Shown here: positions 11,574-25,654 of the stretch, in pieces
Numbering within the stretch: position 1 is the stretch's first letter
Layout of the letters: each line of letters opens with the position of its first letter
Source: Octopus sinensis
Lineage: Eukaryota
NCBI RefSeq assembly: GCF_006345805.1
Contig: NC_043019.1
Location: 17,545,360 to 17,609,359, forward strand
Direction of reading: 5' to 3'
DNA length: 64,000 nucleotides
Notes under the pieces: generated by a model
Databases searched by the model: none
What the model saw: the letters and a program-made list of their open reading frames with translations, nothing else
What the model was told of the DNA's origin: nothing
Translations under genes and position numbers: made by a program

Positions 11574-12014
11574 AGGCGTAGGAATGGCTGTGTGGTAAGT
11601 AGCTTGCTTACCAACCACATGATTCCGGGTTCAGTCCCACTGCGTGGCATCTTGGGCACGTGTCTTCTGCTATAGCCCCGGGCCGACCAATGCTTTGTGA
11701 GTGGATTTGGTAGACGTAAACTGAAAGAAGCCTGTCGTATATATGTATATATATATATGTGTGTGTGTGTGTATGTATGTTTGTGTGTGTGTGTGTGTGT
11801 TTATGTTTGCATGTCTGTGTTTATCCCCCCAACATCGCTTGACAACTGATGCTGGTGTGTTTACATCCCCATAGCTTAGCAGTTCGGCAAAAGAGACTGA
11901 TAGAATAAGTACTGGGCCTACAAAGAATAAGTCTTGGGGTCGATTTGCTCAACTAAAGGCGGTGCTCCAGCATGGCTACATTCAGTTGACTGAAACAAGT
12001 AAAAGAGTAAAGAG
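11574..12014 (+). mobile_element. SINE family A, preceded by a partial head at 11478-11570
   Basis: Consensus match; starts about 180 nt downstream of the 11395 donor. Confidence 0.9.
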
Positions 12015-12339
12015 TAATAGTTCTGGGCTGACCAAAGCATTGTTAGTGTATTTGGTGTATATATATATGTGTATACACACACATGTATGTATGTATGTAC
12101 ATGTGTGTCTTTGTTTCTGTTTACCCTTATCTTGGCATCACATGGTGATTGTTAACGATCATTATTGTCAAACAAGGAATGCTGGTCTTTTGCCAAAAAC
12201 GTGCCTGGCCATGGGAGAAATATTACCTTGCTCGGAAACAGGTGAGGTTTAGTGACAAGAAGAACAACTAGCAGCAGAAAGTTTGCCTCAACAAATTCTG
12301 TCTGACCCCTGCAAGTATGGAAAAGTAGGTGTATGATGA

Positions 12340-12488
12340 TGGAGCTTTGTTTCTCAACCACATGGCTCTGAGTTCAGTCCCGCTGTGTGGTACCCTGGGT
12401 AGAAGTCTTCTACTATACCCTTGGGCTGATTAAAGCCTTGTGAGTGGATTTGGTAGATGGAAATTGAAAGAAATTCTTCTCTCTCTCC

Positions 12489-12527
<39 letters not shown>

Positions 12528-12700
12528 TGCCTTTGTGTCTGTTTGTCCTCATCCCACTGCTTGACAACTGGTGTTGGTGTGATTATGTCCCTATGACTTA
12601 GTGGTTTGGCAAAAGAGAATGATAGAATATGTAGCAAACTTAAAACAAAAAGCATACTGGGGTCAATTTGTTCGACTAAAATTCTTCAAGGTGGTGCCCC
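12340..12700 (+). mobile_element. SINE family A, diverged copy
   Basis: Recognisable head, internal microsatellite and 3' domain. Confidence 0.65.
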
Positions 12701-14322
12701 AGTATGAGTTGTTCAAAAGCATTCCATTCATGACCATCCCATCTTATTAGGAGTATGTTGGACTACATTATCCATTGTTCTTGATTTTGAGATGTTTGAA
12801 AAAACTGAAAACCCTATGCATTAGAAATGAAATGTTTCGGGAGATTTGTTCTGTACCTAGTTACACTCTTGTCACTTATCACCTAAAATGCAGTGAACAA
12901 CTTATGAATCCATTGAAAACCTGTAGCTAACGATGCTATCTTTCACCAAGAAATAAATAAATGACAAGTTCAGGGTTTATGATAAACTATTCCCTGACTC
13001 CAAAACAAGTACAGGGGAAGGAATCGGAATGAACAGCTGTTCTCCCTATCTCCCATATTTGTGGCCTTATGCATGGGTCAGCATGATCTACTGTGCACCC
13101 CACTCCACTGAATATCTTGCTTGGTACTTAATCTTTGCTTATAACATATGTTCAAAATCTATGTTCTGAGTTCAAATTCCACCAAGGTTACTGTTGTCTT
13201 TCATCGTTTTGGGATCAATAAAGTACCATTGAAATACTGGGGTTAGTGTAATTGATTGTTCCCCTTTCCTCAAAATTTTGTGCCTGAATTAAAAGCAATT
13301 GTTTTCTTTTTATTGTTATTTTTGTCATTGTTGTTTTGGTATAGCCCCCCCCCCCCAACCATTTTGTTACTTTTGTTTGTTTTATCTGTTTGAAAAATCT
13401 ACATTTACAAAATATTTGCTTTATTTTGTTGCCAGACTTATCAGGACCTTAATAAATTGGCTAGTTCTATTTTGTTTTTGGTTTCTAGGGTAAAGTTTGT
13501 TTATTTTTCCCCTCAGATTTAAGTATTCTTTTAAAACAGAAAAATATAGTATTGCAAAAGAAGGAGATGGCTGTCTTTTGGAAAATTCGCTATGAAAAGC
13601 TTCCTGTTGCTACTCCAGTTATGGCCCCAGCTTGTAACCATAACAGCAGCAACAACCACAATATACCACACAAAGAAAAGCAACAACATACTACACACAC
13701 ACACAAAAACTCAACAAACTGACAAACACTCTCACCATCACAACAAACAAAACCAGCAGCATTGACACCACCACCACCACCACCACCATTAGGTCAACGT
13801 AAAGTTCAACAGTCATAGCAGCATTGCTTCTACCAACATCACTACCACCACTTTCACTATGGCAGCAGACAATCACTAACTCAGAAACAGTCGGTTTAAC
13901 AAAACCATCACTACTGCAGCTACCATTTTCACTGCATCCATCAGATCAGTCACTGCCAAAGGCAGTAACAGTGTGAATTCCACAGACAGCAATAAGTAGA
14001 ACAGATAGTTAAGCTAATAGATTCTTTTACTGATGCAGCTCAAATCAAAATAAGACTTGAGCTGCTGAGAGAAATGATTAGAGAAGGAAAATACTTCTTC
14101 AAAATGAGTAAAAGAAGAGTAAACCTAGCACTATTAGCCTGTCAGATTAGAGTCCAACCTAAATGGTGCATAAGTGACTTACCATTGCATCAACATTAAC
14201 TCTTCAGCATTTAAACTGGCCATATTTGGCCCAAATATTCTGCCTGTTTTATGTTCAAACTGGTCTGATCTGACCTCTTGCACCTTCCCCACAATGTCAT
14301 TATCAAAATAAACATTCACAGC

Positions 14323-14700
14323 GGTGCAGGCGTGGCTGTGTGGTAAGAAGCTTGCTTTCCAATCACATGGTTCCGGGTTCAATCCCACAGTGTGGCACCT
14401 TGGGCAAGTGTCTTCTATTTTAGCCTTGGGCCAACCAAAGCCTTGTGAGTGGATTTGATAGACAGAAACTGAAAGAAGCCTGTTGTGTGTGTGTGTGTGT
14501 ATATATGTCTGTTTGTGCCTACCCATCACTGCTTGATAGCTGGTATTGGTGTGTCTATATCCCCATAAAGAGACTGATAAAATAAGTACTAGGCTTTAAA
14601 AAGAAAAGTCCTGCAGTTGATTTGTTTGACTAAAATCCTTTGAGGTGGTACTTCAGTATGGCTTCCGTCAAATGACTGAAATAAGTAGAAGAATAAAAGA
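14323..14700 (+). mobile_element. SINE family A, older copy, adjacent to a partial family E MITE (about 14196-14320)
   Basis: Homology to the A and E consensus. Confidence 0.75.
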
Positions 14701-15199
14701 ACATAATACAAAAAATTTAAAACAAGTGATGACAGGTTTGGGTCTGAGTTCAAAGTGAGGAAGCATTCCCCAATTAAAAATGAAGTCGTTTTCATCCTGT
14801 CATATACGGACAAATGAGTTGTGTGAGTTGGGTGGATGAGCCATTATAATTAAATATCCAGTGGTGAGTGGTGGCTGTCTTACCTGATAATGAGCATGAG
14901 GCAATTTTGGAGGTTCACCATATCCACCAAGAAAACTGGCTAAGTATGGACATGGGACTATCCCCAACCTAATAAAACTGCCAAATTGTTTTTAATTTGT
15001 CCAGTCATTTACTAATTTTGTTCATTGTATATCTGCATTGGTTGCTAATTTTTTTTTTTTGCAAAAATGTTTATCATTTAGTTGTTTTAAGACTATTTCA
15101 CCGTAATGGGTTTTGTCCATTATTACAATGGCTCCTCTTTCTTTAACAATTATAGAAGAATCTTTCAGTTGACAATCTGTTTTTTTTTTTTTGCTCTTC

Positions 15200-16330
15200 A
15201 TTTGAAAATGGTTGACTTTGATTTTATATAATTTGCTGAAATAATTTGAGCTTGCTGATCTTTTCAGACATGTTATGTATTCCTATGTGTTTATTCCTGT
15301 TCATCTGACATTTAAATCCTGTTTTTGTGATTGATAGATCTTCTTAAGTCTTCTTTTAGAAGTTGGTGTGAAATTCGTTTTTCATCAGGTTTCATTGAGA
15401 TAAATTTATCACTACTGAATCAATATTTCTTTGTGTTATTTGTGTTTCCTTTTGTTATTTTTCGGAATGCCTGCTCCCTACAAAAGATTTTCTTTTTCTA
15501 AGTTATTTGTACCCTATCTTTTTTTTTCTTTTGGTTGGGGAGAAGGGTTTCCAATTGTTGATGTATCTGGTATTCTCATTATACCATCTTCCTTGGTATG
15601 TTTGCTTGTTTTTAGTAGATTTATACCATTTTCCTTGGTCTGACAGTTTATTTTCGTCTGTTCTTCCTTTGTTACTGTTTGTAAGTATTTTATCTTAGTC
15701 AAGTTCATTTTTGCATGTCTTATCAAATACCTGTTCATTTTCTTCTTACTTTTGCCTATGAGGGTTATGGGTTGTCATCCTTTGATTCTTTCTTTATATG
15801 ATTTGTAAATTATTACAGAAGGAGTTTTGGTTTCTTCCATTGTTATCAAGTTGTGCATTTCTAAGATTTTGTTTCATGCTTTATTTTAGTCATCACTAAT
15901 TCTCTTCCATTATTGGTTTCATATTCCTGTAACTACGGATTTTTTGATTCTAGTATTTGATTTGATTTTGTTTCTTCCCTTTGCACATCAATTTTCCACA
16001 AATCTAATAGTTTTCTTGGAGCTTTCCATTTGTTTATTTGCTGTTTCTCTCTGCATTGTGGCATCACGTTTTTTAAATTTGTGTACTCGAAACAGCTGTA
16101 GGGTTATTTTTGCTTCAAATTTTTTAAGTGTGAGGTTTACTCAGAGTTCAGTTTCCTCATATAATTCTGATCTTATATCCCTGACACACAATTTACGTGA
16201 ACAAATAACTTGCTCACAATTTTCCCATTTTTCATTTATATCTGCTAGACTTTTATTTCTAAGTTCCTTCTAGTAAGTTTGTTTTCTTTGATTTAGTAAT
16301 CTATTCCACATCTTCATCTGGTTCCTCCTT
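15200..16330 (-). mobile_element. Decayed Penelope-like element fragment, same family as 63250-64000
   Basis: Shared blocks with 63440-63940, e.g. cagaca(c/t)gttatgtattcc, aggtttcattg, tttcgtctgttcttcc. Confidence 0.5.
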
Positions 16331-16850
16331 TGTATACTTTCTTCTCCTAATGAATTTCATTCCATTCATCTAATACATACTCTGCTTTGGAATGTTTTGC
16401 TCTTACTGATATCATAGTAGTTGTGTTCAGAGTTTCTGTAATGTTTGCAGTGTGTTGTATTGTCAATAAAGTCTCCATTTTCCCCCTGTAAATATGGGTT
16501 TGTCCTATATTTCAAAAAGCTAATGTACATTATATTTGGTATTTCATTGATATTTCATCATTAGTTTAGCATCACCTTTACCATGCTTGCATGGATCAGA
16601 TGGAATTCATCGAGGCAGATTTTTAGTGATGAGATGTCCTTCCTTTCACCATCCTACAACCATTTCCAAACAAGGTAATATTTTCCCATGTTTTCATGGA
16701 AAACCGAAAAGAATCATACAAGGTTCTGGTTGATTTGGGGCTTTAGGAGAAGACAGATGCCCAAAGTGACATGCAGTGAGACTGGACCAGAAGCCATATT
16801 GCTGGAAAGCAAATCTCTTAACCTTGCAACCATGCTTCCATACATGCGCG

Positions 16851-16885
<35 letters not shown>

Positions 16886-18949
16886 TGTGCAGGACATGTG
16901 TGAAATTCAGACAATCTTATCAGTCAGTACTCATGCGAATCCTGGCTAACAAAACTGTATGAAAGTGAAAACAATTCATTAAAACTAAGTTATCCACATA
17001 AATGGAAAATCCAGATTTACATAAACTACAGAACGTACCACGAAATGAATAAAAGAATGAAGATATTAGTATTGCATTTATTACTCAGTTACTTGTTTTT
17101 GTACCAGATGGGTTAGATAAATCAACTAGTGTGCTGGAATCAGGATAAACAATGATGGTGTAATTTCATGTGATATTAAATGTAACCAGGTTCTGCCATT
17201 TTATATCATGACCTTATGAAAGATGCAGTACTCATGCATCAGGACAAATACTCTTATAAAAAACAGAGTGTCACAGCAAGCAATTAATCCTTTTGACATG
17301 CTTATAGAAATGTACAGAGTAAATTGTTCAAAGGACAAACAGCTTTGTTTGTTATTTGATATATCAATTGTAGCACCAGGCCTAATAACGAAGGGAGCAA
17401 AAATATATATGAAGCAAAGAGGATGTCATTAGTTACATGGGATGGGTATGTCAAGAGTAACATCAAAGGAACTAAGTTGATTAGGAAACAAGAAAATAGG
17501 AAATAGGAAGAAAGAAGGGAGATAGAAGGAAATTCAAGAAGAGGATCATGAAGGATAGGAAAATATAATTAACAATATAAAATTAAGGGGGATGATTAGA
17601 ATAGAGCTGCAAACCAAATTGTAGTTAAAATATCATAATACAATAATATAAAGATATAAAATAATGAAAATAAAATTTTAGTGATTAAAAATGTTATTAA
17701 ATTAAATGGAACCAGTAAATGGTTATACAGGGAAAGGAAAAATTGCAGGGAAAAATTATAAGATAGTTAGGAATGAAATAATAAATGAATAGAATTCCAG
17801 TGAGTAGTTAAGACCATTATAAAGAATAAAGTGATTATAGGACAATAATTATGGAAAGAAATCAGAGAAGAATGATTGTATCAGTGAGTAAATGCTCATG
17901 TAATTCTGTAATATCATTTTACAAGAGAGGTAAATGAAATCCTCAAAACGTTTTTAATAATATGATGTAGGCAACAGATTAACAACTCATGCTCGTTAAT
18001 TAATCCAGATTTATATCTTAGAATTTCAAGTTTCTCTACACAACATAAATTGCAACTGCTCCCACCGCTTTTTATATGGAAGTGTTGTCTGTATAATTGA
18101 TCACAAAATAGAATAATCAATATTTCTGTCCTTCAAGCCCCAAACAATTTTTGCTAACAAAGTTTCATGCAATTTGTACCTGTTATGAAAATAATGTACA
18201 TTGTTACTCCAGCTTAACTTAAATGTTGATGGCATTGTATCATATTGTTGTAAACCTTATTGAGTATATAGAACTATTATCAGAAAGAAGCACAGAATCA
18301 ATAGTAATGTTCATGCTAAATTCTGTTACATTATTAATAGAGGAGCTAGAGATAGGCATATTGCTAATATAATTAGAATGATTTATATAATTTCTAGAAT
18401 TGCTTAATTTCTTAACAGTAGCTGTATACTATTGGCTAAAGTAGGTATGGTGGAATATGAAGATTTGATTGTGTGCCTATTGAATAACTTAAAATGACTA
18501 CTGGAAGGAGAAAAATGTTTCTCCAATACTGAGGAAAATACTGTAGGGATGTCCATGGCCACCTGAGATACAAAAAGGTGGTTAAACCACAAAATATTCC
18601 ACCTCATTGTGAGTAAGTGGATGAAATTTAGAATTAGTGTTTCCATTACCAGTAAATGATGTACTGTGACTATGATTATTACCTGATTTAGTGTTTGTAG
18701 GCTTAACCCTATTTTCTTAGTTGTAAGGTAGTCACAAGAACAAAGATTTAGACACCAGGAAGAATGAACTATCTTATTGTTGCCACCAGAGGTATACTCT
18801 ACTAGTGAACTTCAAGCTACCAACCTCCAATAATCCAGGTACATTACCCCAGGCTTGGCTACCCCATGCGCAAAGACAAGGTACTTTACACCCCACCACC
18901 ACCTATACAGCCCACAAACACATCCATGTAGATTGTCCAGTTTCTTTTC

Positions 18950-18989
<40 letters not shown>

Positions 18990-19970
18990 ATATTGTGTTT
19001 GTCTGTGTGTGTATATGTCATGTCAAGTAGGTACACACACATACATACATACATACATCAATGAACACTTGCTTGTAAACTGTTCCTCTTTTCCAAGACA
19101 GTGTGTTGCTACCAGCATCCTGTCCTCGCATGCACTCCTAGGAATCCTGAATGGTAACTGACGTGTCTGCCAAATTTATAACACCATGTGACTTGCACTG
19201 GCCAATAGCAGCCCAGTACACAGGAGTCCTATTGGACTCCTCTCCATTCAGTTCTACACGCCTGATGAGTTAAGTTCATTTTACAAACTTACAAATTTTT
19301 ATATTGCATGGAAGCAAATCAAATTGTTATTAGATATGTAACTCTTACCTAATGTGTAGAATGCTATTTTTTTGTTTGTACACATTCACAACACACACAT
19401 GCACATGTGCATATGTATAAATATATGCATATATACATACATTTATGTACATACCTACATATATATGTATATATACATGCATATATGGGTACAGGACATA
19501 AAAAAATGTTGAACACAATGAGAAATGAAAACATAAAAAAAACAGAAATGAACTTTTTTCGAACAACGAAAAAAACAGAGAAATGAGACATACAACATAC
19601 AGAATTTTCCCCTTCTTCAGTTGTCCCTTTTTCATCTACTCCACATTTCGAAGGCAAGGACAAGACGCGACTTCGTTGAAACAGTCCTTCCCGCAAAGCA
19701 AATAAAATTTGGGATTTTTTGCAGAGGGTGAAAGTGATAACAAAAACAGGACAGTGAGAACAAAGCAGTAAAAATACACACACACATACATTGTTAGGAA
19801 TTTTCAACTCTAATATGTACTTTGTATCTATACAACAACACACCACCACCAACTGCATACTGGATTCTAATCATGGAATGTGCTTCAAGAGGAAACATTT
19901 GGCATTTTATCCCACCTACACAATATTGTTATGCATGTTTGTCATTCTAAATATTTTTTTTTTCTTGCAG

Positions 19971-20196
19971 CTAATGTGAATGAATATTTACGGTTAGCCT
20001 CTGGTGCAGACAAACAACAAATCTTACGGATAAAAACTGTTTTTGAAAAGAAAAATCAGAAATCCACTCATTCTATTGCTCAGCTTCAGAAAAAACTAGA
20101 AAACTATCAGAGAAAGTTGAATGATGTTGAAACGTATGGGGTTTCGAGTCACAAACAAGCTAAAGAAGTCTTGCGGGATATGGGACAAGGTTTAAA
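19971..20196 (+). CDS. TMCC: TMCC-family exon, core coiled coil ([54 protein letters not shown]...LRDMGQGLK)
   Basis: Acceptor tttttttcttgcag, donor AA|gtaagt at 20197. Contains the TMCC/TEX28 signature '[31 protein letters not shown]'. Confidence 0.96.
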
Positions 20197-20370
20197 GTAA
20201 GTTTAATCTGCCTTGATATTCATCTGTCTCTCTGGTCACCCACCCTGATTCTCATCAACCCCCATCATATTCATTACTTGCTTTCATAATCATCTTCCAC
20301 TCTCATACTTGTCATCATCCATCCTTATACTCCTTAACATCCTGATACTCTAAGGCTGATTATTTACTTA

Positions 20371-20638
20371 CAACCGTGCTGGTGGCACGTGCCAGGTGGC
20401 ATGTAAAAAGCACCAACTGATCGTGGCCATTGCCAACCTCCCCTGGCACCTGTGCCAGTGGCACGTAAAAAGCACCCACTACACTCATGGAGTTGTTGGC
20501 ATTAGGAAGGGCATCCAACTGTAGAAACACTGCCAGATCAGACTGGAGCCTGCTGCAGCCTCCTGGCTTCCCAGACCCCGGTTGAACCATCCAACCTATG
20601 CTAGCATGGAAAACGGACGTTAAACGATGATGATGATG
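20371..20638 (+). mobile_element. RTE 3'UTR fragment with (GAT)n tail
   Basis: Ends ggaaaacggacgttaaacgatgatgatgatg; multicopy in the window. Confidence 0.7.
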
Positions 20639-20732
20639 GACCCTCCCATTATTTTGTAAGTTAACTCTCCTAAAACTTGCATTTCAGAAATTTGTACTCT
20701 ACGTTATTTTCCATTGGTACCTACTGCCCAGT

Positions 20733-21099
20733 GTGGAGGCACAATGGCCAAGAGGTTAGGGCAGCGGACTCGCGGTCATAGGATCGTTGTTTCGATTCCC
20801 AGATCAGGCGTTGTGAGTGTTTATTGAGCGAAAACATCTAAAGCTCCATGAGGCTCCGGCAGGGGGTTTCACCACAACTTTCTCTCACTCTTACTTCCTG
20901 TTTCTGTTGTGCCTTTAATTCAAAGGGGGCCAGCCTTGTCACATTCTGTGTCACACTGATTCTTCCCAAGAACTACATTAAGGGTACATGTGTCTGTGGA
21001 GTGCTCAGCCACTTGCACGTTAATTTCACGAGCAGGCTGTTCCGTTGACCGGATCAACTGGAACCCTCATTGTTGTAAGTGACGGAGTGCCAACAACCC
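20733..21099 (+). mobile_element. SINE family B (tRNA-derived) with 10-bp target-site duplication
   Basis: Head GGAGGC.CAATGGCC.AG.GGTTAGGGCAGCGGACTCGCGG...GTTTCGATTCCC. TSD actgcccagt at 20723-20732 and 21100-21109. Confidence 0.9.
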
Positions 21100-21212
21100 A
21101 CTGCCCAGTAAGTTTTTAATCATCATTAGCCGTCACCACCACCACCACCATCACCACTGTCATCATCACTACCATCACAATCCTCATCATCACCAATATA
21201 TTAATACTCTAT

Positions 21213-21448
21213 TAGAAGGCGGCGAGCTGGCAGAAACGTTAGCACGCCGGGCGAAATGCGTTGCCATATTTCGTCTGCCGTTACATTGTGAGTTCAAATT
21301 CCGCTGAGGTCGACTTTGCCTTTCATCCTTTCGGGGTCGATAAATTAAGTACCAGTTACGCACTGGGGTCAATATAATCGACTTAATCTGTTTGTCCGTC
21401 CTTGTTTGTCCCCTCTGTGTTTAGCTCCTTGTGGGTAGTAAAGAAACA
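21213..21448 (+). mobile_element. SINE family C, full length with TSD
   Basis: TSD aatactctat at 21203-21212 and 21449-21458; core GGTCGACTTTGCCTTTCATCCTTTCGGGGTCGATAAA. Confidence 0.9.
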
Positions 21449-21587
21449 AATACTCTATGTATTAATGTAATTGTCCTCAACAGTATGGCCGTACTGGACA
21501 GTTATATTAATGCACAGTGTTCTTGGTATAACTAGCTGGGGGCTGACAAGCATGACTGACTTGATCCCTTTTTATCTTTCTTTGCAG

Positions 21588-21632
21588 AGATGTTGGAGCA
21601 AATATTATGGATGGGCTGAGTGGATTTTCTGG
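21588..21632 (+). CDS. TMCC: TMCC-family 45-nt exon (K-DVGANIMDGLSGFS-G)
   Basis: Acceptor tttatctttctttgcag, donor GG|gtaag. Phase 2-2. Continues the TMCC motif 'QGLKDVGA...GFS'. Confidence 0.9.
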
Positions 21633-23344
21633 GTAAGAATATCCTTCCTTTATTTAATACTTACTTTCCAAATATGTTAGAATTCAGATGAGAATTAGTA
21701 TAGAAAAACAACAGCGTAGTAAGAGAGGTTAGTAAGAGAGGTAAAGGAGGAGGAGGGTGAAATACTGTAACTGAATAAATTAAGAGATGCTTTTAGTTTC
21801 TCTTACCTTATTTGGTTACAGTACTTCATCCTCCTCCTCCTTTCCCTTGCTAATCTCTCCAGCTGACAGTATTATCTTGCTGTCTTACTATACTATACGG
21901 TAACCATGTTGCCTGAGATACACAGGCAGATTATCAGCTGGGAATTGTCCAGTTTTTCATTCAATCTCCTGTTTCTGTCATTAGAATGTGGAGCTGTATC
22001 ATTTTAATCAGCATCCCATCAGATTAATGGAAACTATTCCTTACTCTTATATAAATATCATCATTATTTAATCTCCATTTTTTTTTTCTTTTGTATTTCT
22101 TTTTTTAATGCTGGCATAGCATTATGAAATATGGTTTTCTGTTTTGGTATAAATTTCATAATTGTCATCTGCTCTCATATTTGTCATCACTCACTCCGAA
22201 AGTAAGTAATTAAGATATCAATTTTGGAATTCCCACAGCTGTTAACTATCTCATCATTTATGTAGCTTATTCTCGTTCACATTCTGATTGGATTCTCTAA
22301 ATTCCTTTATATTTTGTTTGATATTTATCTTAGTTTTTATCATATTCCTCTCTTCGTCTAAAACAAAATACACAATGGTATTTTTGTAGATGACAAATGG
22401 TTTACCATTGAATGCGTCTGTCTTTTGTGTTCTTGCCTAAAAGAGCTCCCAAGATTCCCACTACTTTTTTTCCCTTTTTTTATGAGAAGATATATCTTAT
22501 TTCCCAGTGTAGGGATTTCATTCAAAGTTTCAAATATATACTGAGATGGCTGTTCCACATGTATTATAATAAGAAAATTGAGTTAAGACTTTGTAATGAA
22601 ATATGCCTCCTATGTCTTTCAATTAGTTGTGAAAATAACCAAGAATTTGGTTGGATGGATTTAATAAACTAAGTAAAATTTACATTTAAGTCAGTGTTTG
22701 AAGCATAACTTTAAAAAAAAATATTTTTTTACAAAAAATTATGATGGAAGTATTTTAATTTGAAATGTGTCAATTCATTTAAACTCTTATCAAAAGGATT
22801 AAATATTCATTTTTGTTCTACTTCTGGTCAGCTGTTTGGGTTAATAGCTTGTTATTGTGTATGCTCTATGTATTGTCAGATATAGAAGCTATTGAATTCA
22901 GTCATTAGAGCATTAGATAGAATGTTTTGCAGTATTTGTTTTGTCTCTTAAATGCTCTGAGTTCAAATCTCACTAAGATCAACATTACTGTTCATTCCTT
23001 TTGGGGAATTGATAGAAAAAAAAGTACCAATCTTGGGTGGTTTATTGGTGGAATAATAAAAGCATCAGTCAGGGTGGCCTGTGGTATCTTTTTAACCTTT
23101 AGCTTTTAATGTGGCTATATCCAACCCAAATATTGTACCTGCTTTATATCTTAAACATGCATATTCACAGATATAAACACACACACACACATACATACAC
23201 ACTAATATACATACATACATATATATAATGTTAATGTTTGTTTTGATGCTATAATAAGAATAATTTTCCATTAATCTAAGTGGTTATTCTATACTTTTGT
23301 AAAGTACCGAACTAGTTATTCTTAAACGACACACACACACACAC

Positions 23345-23720
23345 ATGTTCATATGTTGACTAAAATACTCTCATGAAATGTAACCAAATGAGGTTTATTT
23401 TCCAACATAGTCCCCCTTGCAGTCCACACACTTCTTCCGTTGGTGTTGCAATGTTTGAATCTCATTGGCGAAAAAGCTTTCATCTTGTTGGTAAATAAAT
23501 GTCATCAACAGCAGATGTGATGTTATCGTCATTGTGATACTGGTTCCTAGCCGGTGTTTTTCATGTTGCAGAATAGATGATAGTCAGAAGGTGCCAAATC
23601 AAATCAGGAGAATGGAGAGGGTGATCAACCAGTTCAAAGTCATGGTCATGCACAGCATCCATTGAACCCAAGTACTTATGTGCTGGAGCATTATCATGAT
23701 GAAACCAGACCCCTTTCATC
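23345..23720 (-). mobile_element. Mariner transposase C-terminal remnant
   Basis: Minus strand reads FHHDNAPAH...FELVDHPLHSPDL (catalytic DNA motif and a HSPDL variant). Confidence 0.7.
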
Positions 23721-24535
23721 AGTATTACTGGGTATTTGGTCTACACACACACACAAATGTCTGTGTCTACGTTATAAAAATAATTCTACATTAAACTGAA
23801 GGATTACTCAATACTTTTGGCAGAGTACAAATTTATGATTCTTAAACAAAATTAGTATCTATAGTGACTTGGCAATGTTGGTCAATTAAGCCTTTAGTAG
23901 ACTGTGGTACATTTGAGTTCATCTTGGCTTTATATAATCTCTGTTAAGTTAAAATTTTTCAGACAATCCAACTATTCCAAAAGCATTATTAAAAACCTAG
24001 TAAGGATCATATCTCTAACACTTTCTTCTTTATCTTCCAATGAAAAAGATTTAGTGAAATAATAACTCCATATAATGAAGCTCTCAATAATAGTAGTTAC
24101 AAAGTAAAAGTAAAACATATATAAACAACACCGCTTCTACAATAAATAAGAAACATAACAACAGAAAAAGGAAAACTATTTGGTTTAACCCTCCCTCTTC
24201 TCCTTCTTCAGCATTACGTCTCCACACCAGTAGCCAATTTAATTTTCAGAATACTCCAAAAACACTTCCACTCCAATCACAGGTATCATAAACTAAGAAA
24301 TAAAAGCAATATAAAATTGTCATATTCTGCAACCAACAACTTCATAATTGTTTATTCCATTGTTGTCTCTCTCTCCCCACTTCCCCCTCTCTCTCTCTCT
24401 CTATATATATATATAACAGTAATATTAGTGCCAAGCAGTGTTTAGGTTAGTTGAACTAGCCTAAAATTTGTTTATATATATATATCTATATAAGTCAGTA
24501 AATGGTGGGGTTGTGTTAACCACGTGGAGAAATGA

Positions 24536-25140
24536 TAGGAGAGGAAAAAATAATAAGGCAGAATGCTAAACTGAAAGTAAATTTTAATAAAAATGGGTTT
24601 AGGAAAAATTAAAAAAAGAAATCAAATTGGCTTTCATAGCAAGGCAAATTTTCAAGATTTGGAAGGGAAAAAAATTTTTTTTAAATTGAGGAAGGGGAAA
24701 AAAAAGAAATTTACGATGTTTTTTCAAAAAAATTATAAATATATACAAAAATTAATAAATAAGTATACCAATACGTTGTAGTGTCTTTATGCTTTTATAG
24801 TTCAATATTAGTCCTTGGAAAAACTTCTTTGGAGGATTAGGATGCTTGTGTTTTGGTGTAGTGTTTTCAAACAAAACTCTAAAAGCATAAAGACACTACA
24901 ATGTATTGGTATACTTATTTATTAATTTTTGTAAGTATTTATTATTTTTTTGAAAAAACATTGTAAATTTCTTTTTTACCCTTTCTCAATTTAAAAAAAA
25001 AATTTTTCCTTCCAAATCTTGAAAATTTGCCTTGCAATGGAAGCCTGTTTGATTTCTTTTTTTTTAATTTTTCATACACCCATTTTTATTAAAATTTACT
25101 TTCAGTTTAGCATTCTGCCTCATTATTTTTTCCTCTCCTA
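24536..25140. mobile_element. Foldback element: about 266-bp inverted arms (24536-24802 / 24875-25140) around a 72-bp spacer
   Basis: Direct reverse-complement alignment by eye with scattered mismatches; right end abuts (TA)n. Confidence 0.85.
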
Positions 25141-25654
25141 TATATATATATGTATATTTTGCATTCTATACATTTTCTGAATCTTTATTTCTTGTATAGT
25201 TTGTACTTTAATATAAAGTGAAGTGTTATGGTTTTATTGGGAAGATGCATGAAATAATAGCTCTTGTTGCTAGGGCTATAAATGTAAATTGTAAAGAAGT
25301 CAACTTCAGCCTGAAAGGTGTTGGTTAATCTTTAGATTCTTCTAAAATCTAAATATGAAAATGAAAATAAAAGGTACATAGCTTGTACCTTAATTAGATA
25401 CCATAGTCTAAAGATACACTGTGGAATTCTGCATCAGCATCATATATCTGATTTTCTCTGCCAGCTTCACCTGGATAGAGTTTTTGAGGCAATGTTTTAC
25501 AGCCAAATGCCTTTCCTGTTGCCATCCCTTTTAGCCACCACTTATGACATGCAGGACACAAGTGTATCTGTTTTAATACTGGGATTAAGGTGATTAGTCG
25601 AAATTTCATGTCTGGTTTTTAGACAGTACTTTAGTGATAGCAATATTCTTTAAG

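Noticed and set aside
13620-13980. CAA/CAC-rich stretch resembling a low-complexity exon
   Set aside because: Stops in the + frames, no usable splice sites; degenerate trinucleotide microsatellite.
16930-18130. Possible further Penelope GIY-YIG remnant
   Set aside because: Only faint motif resemblance (e.g. IRTNTLIKNRVSQQAI); too degraded to call without a profile search.
19345-19858. 164-aa and 96-aa minus-strand ORFs next to the coiled-coil exon
   Set aside because: Composed of TA/TG microsatellite and T-rich intron sequence, with no recognisable domain.
20733-20810. tRNA genes at SINE B and SINE A heads
   Set aside because: A/B-box-like motifs only, no complete cloverleaf, and they continue into SINE bodies with TSDs.
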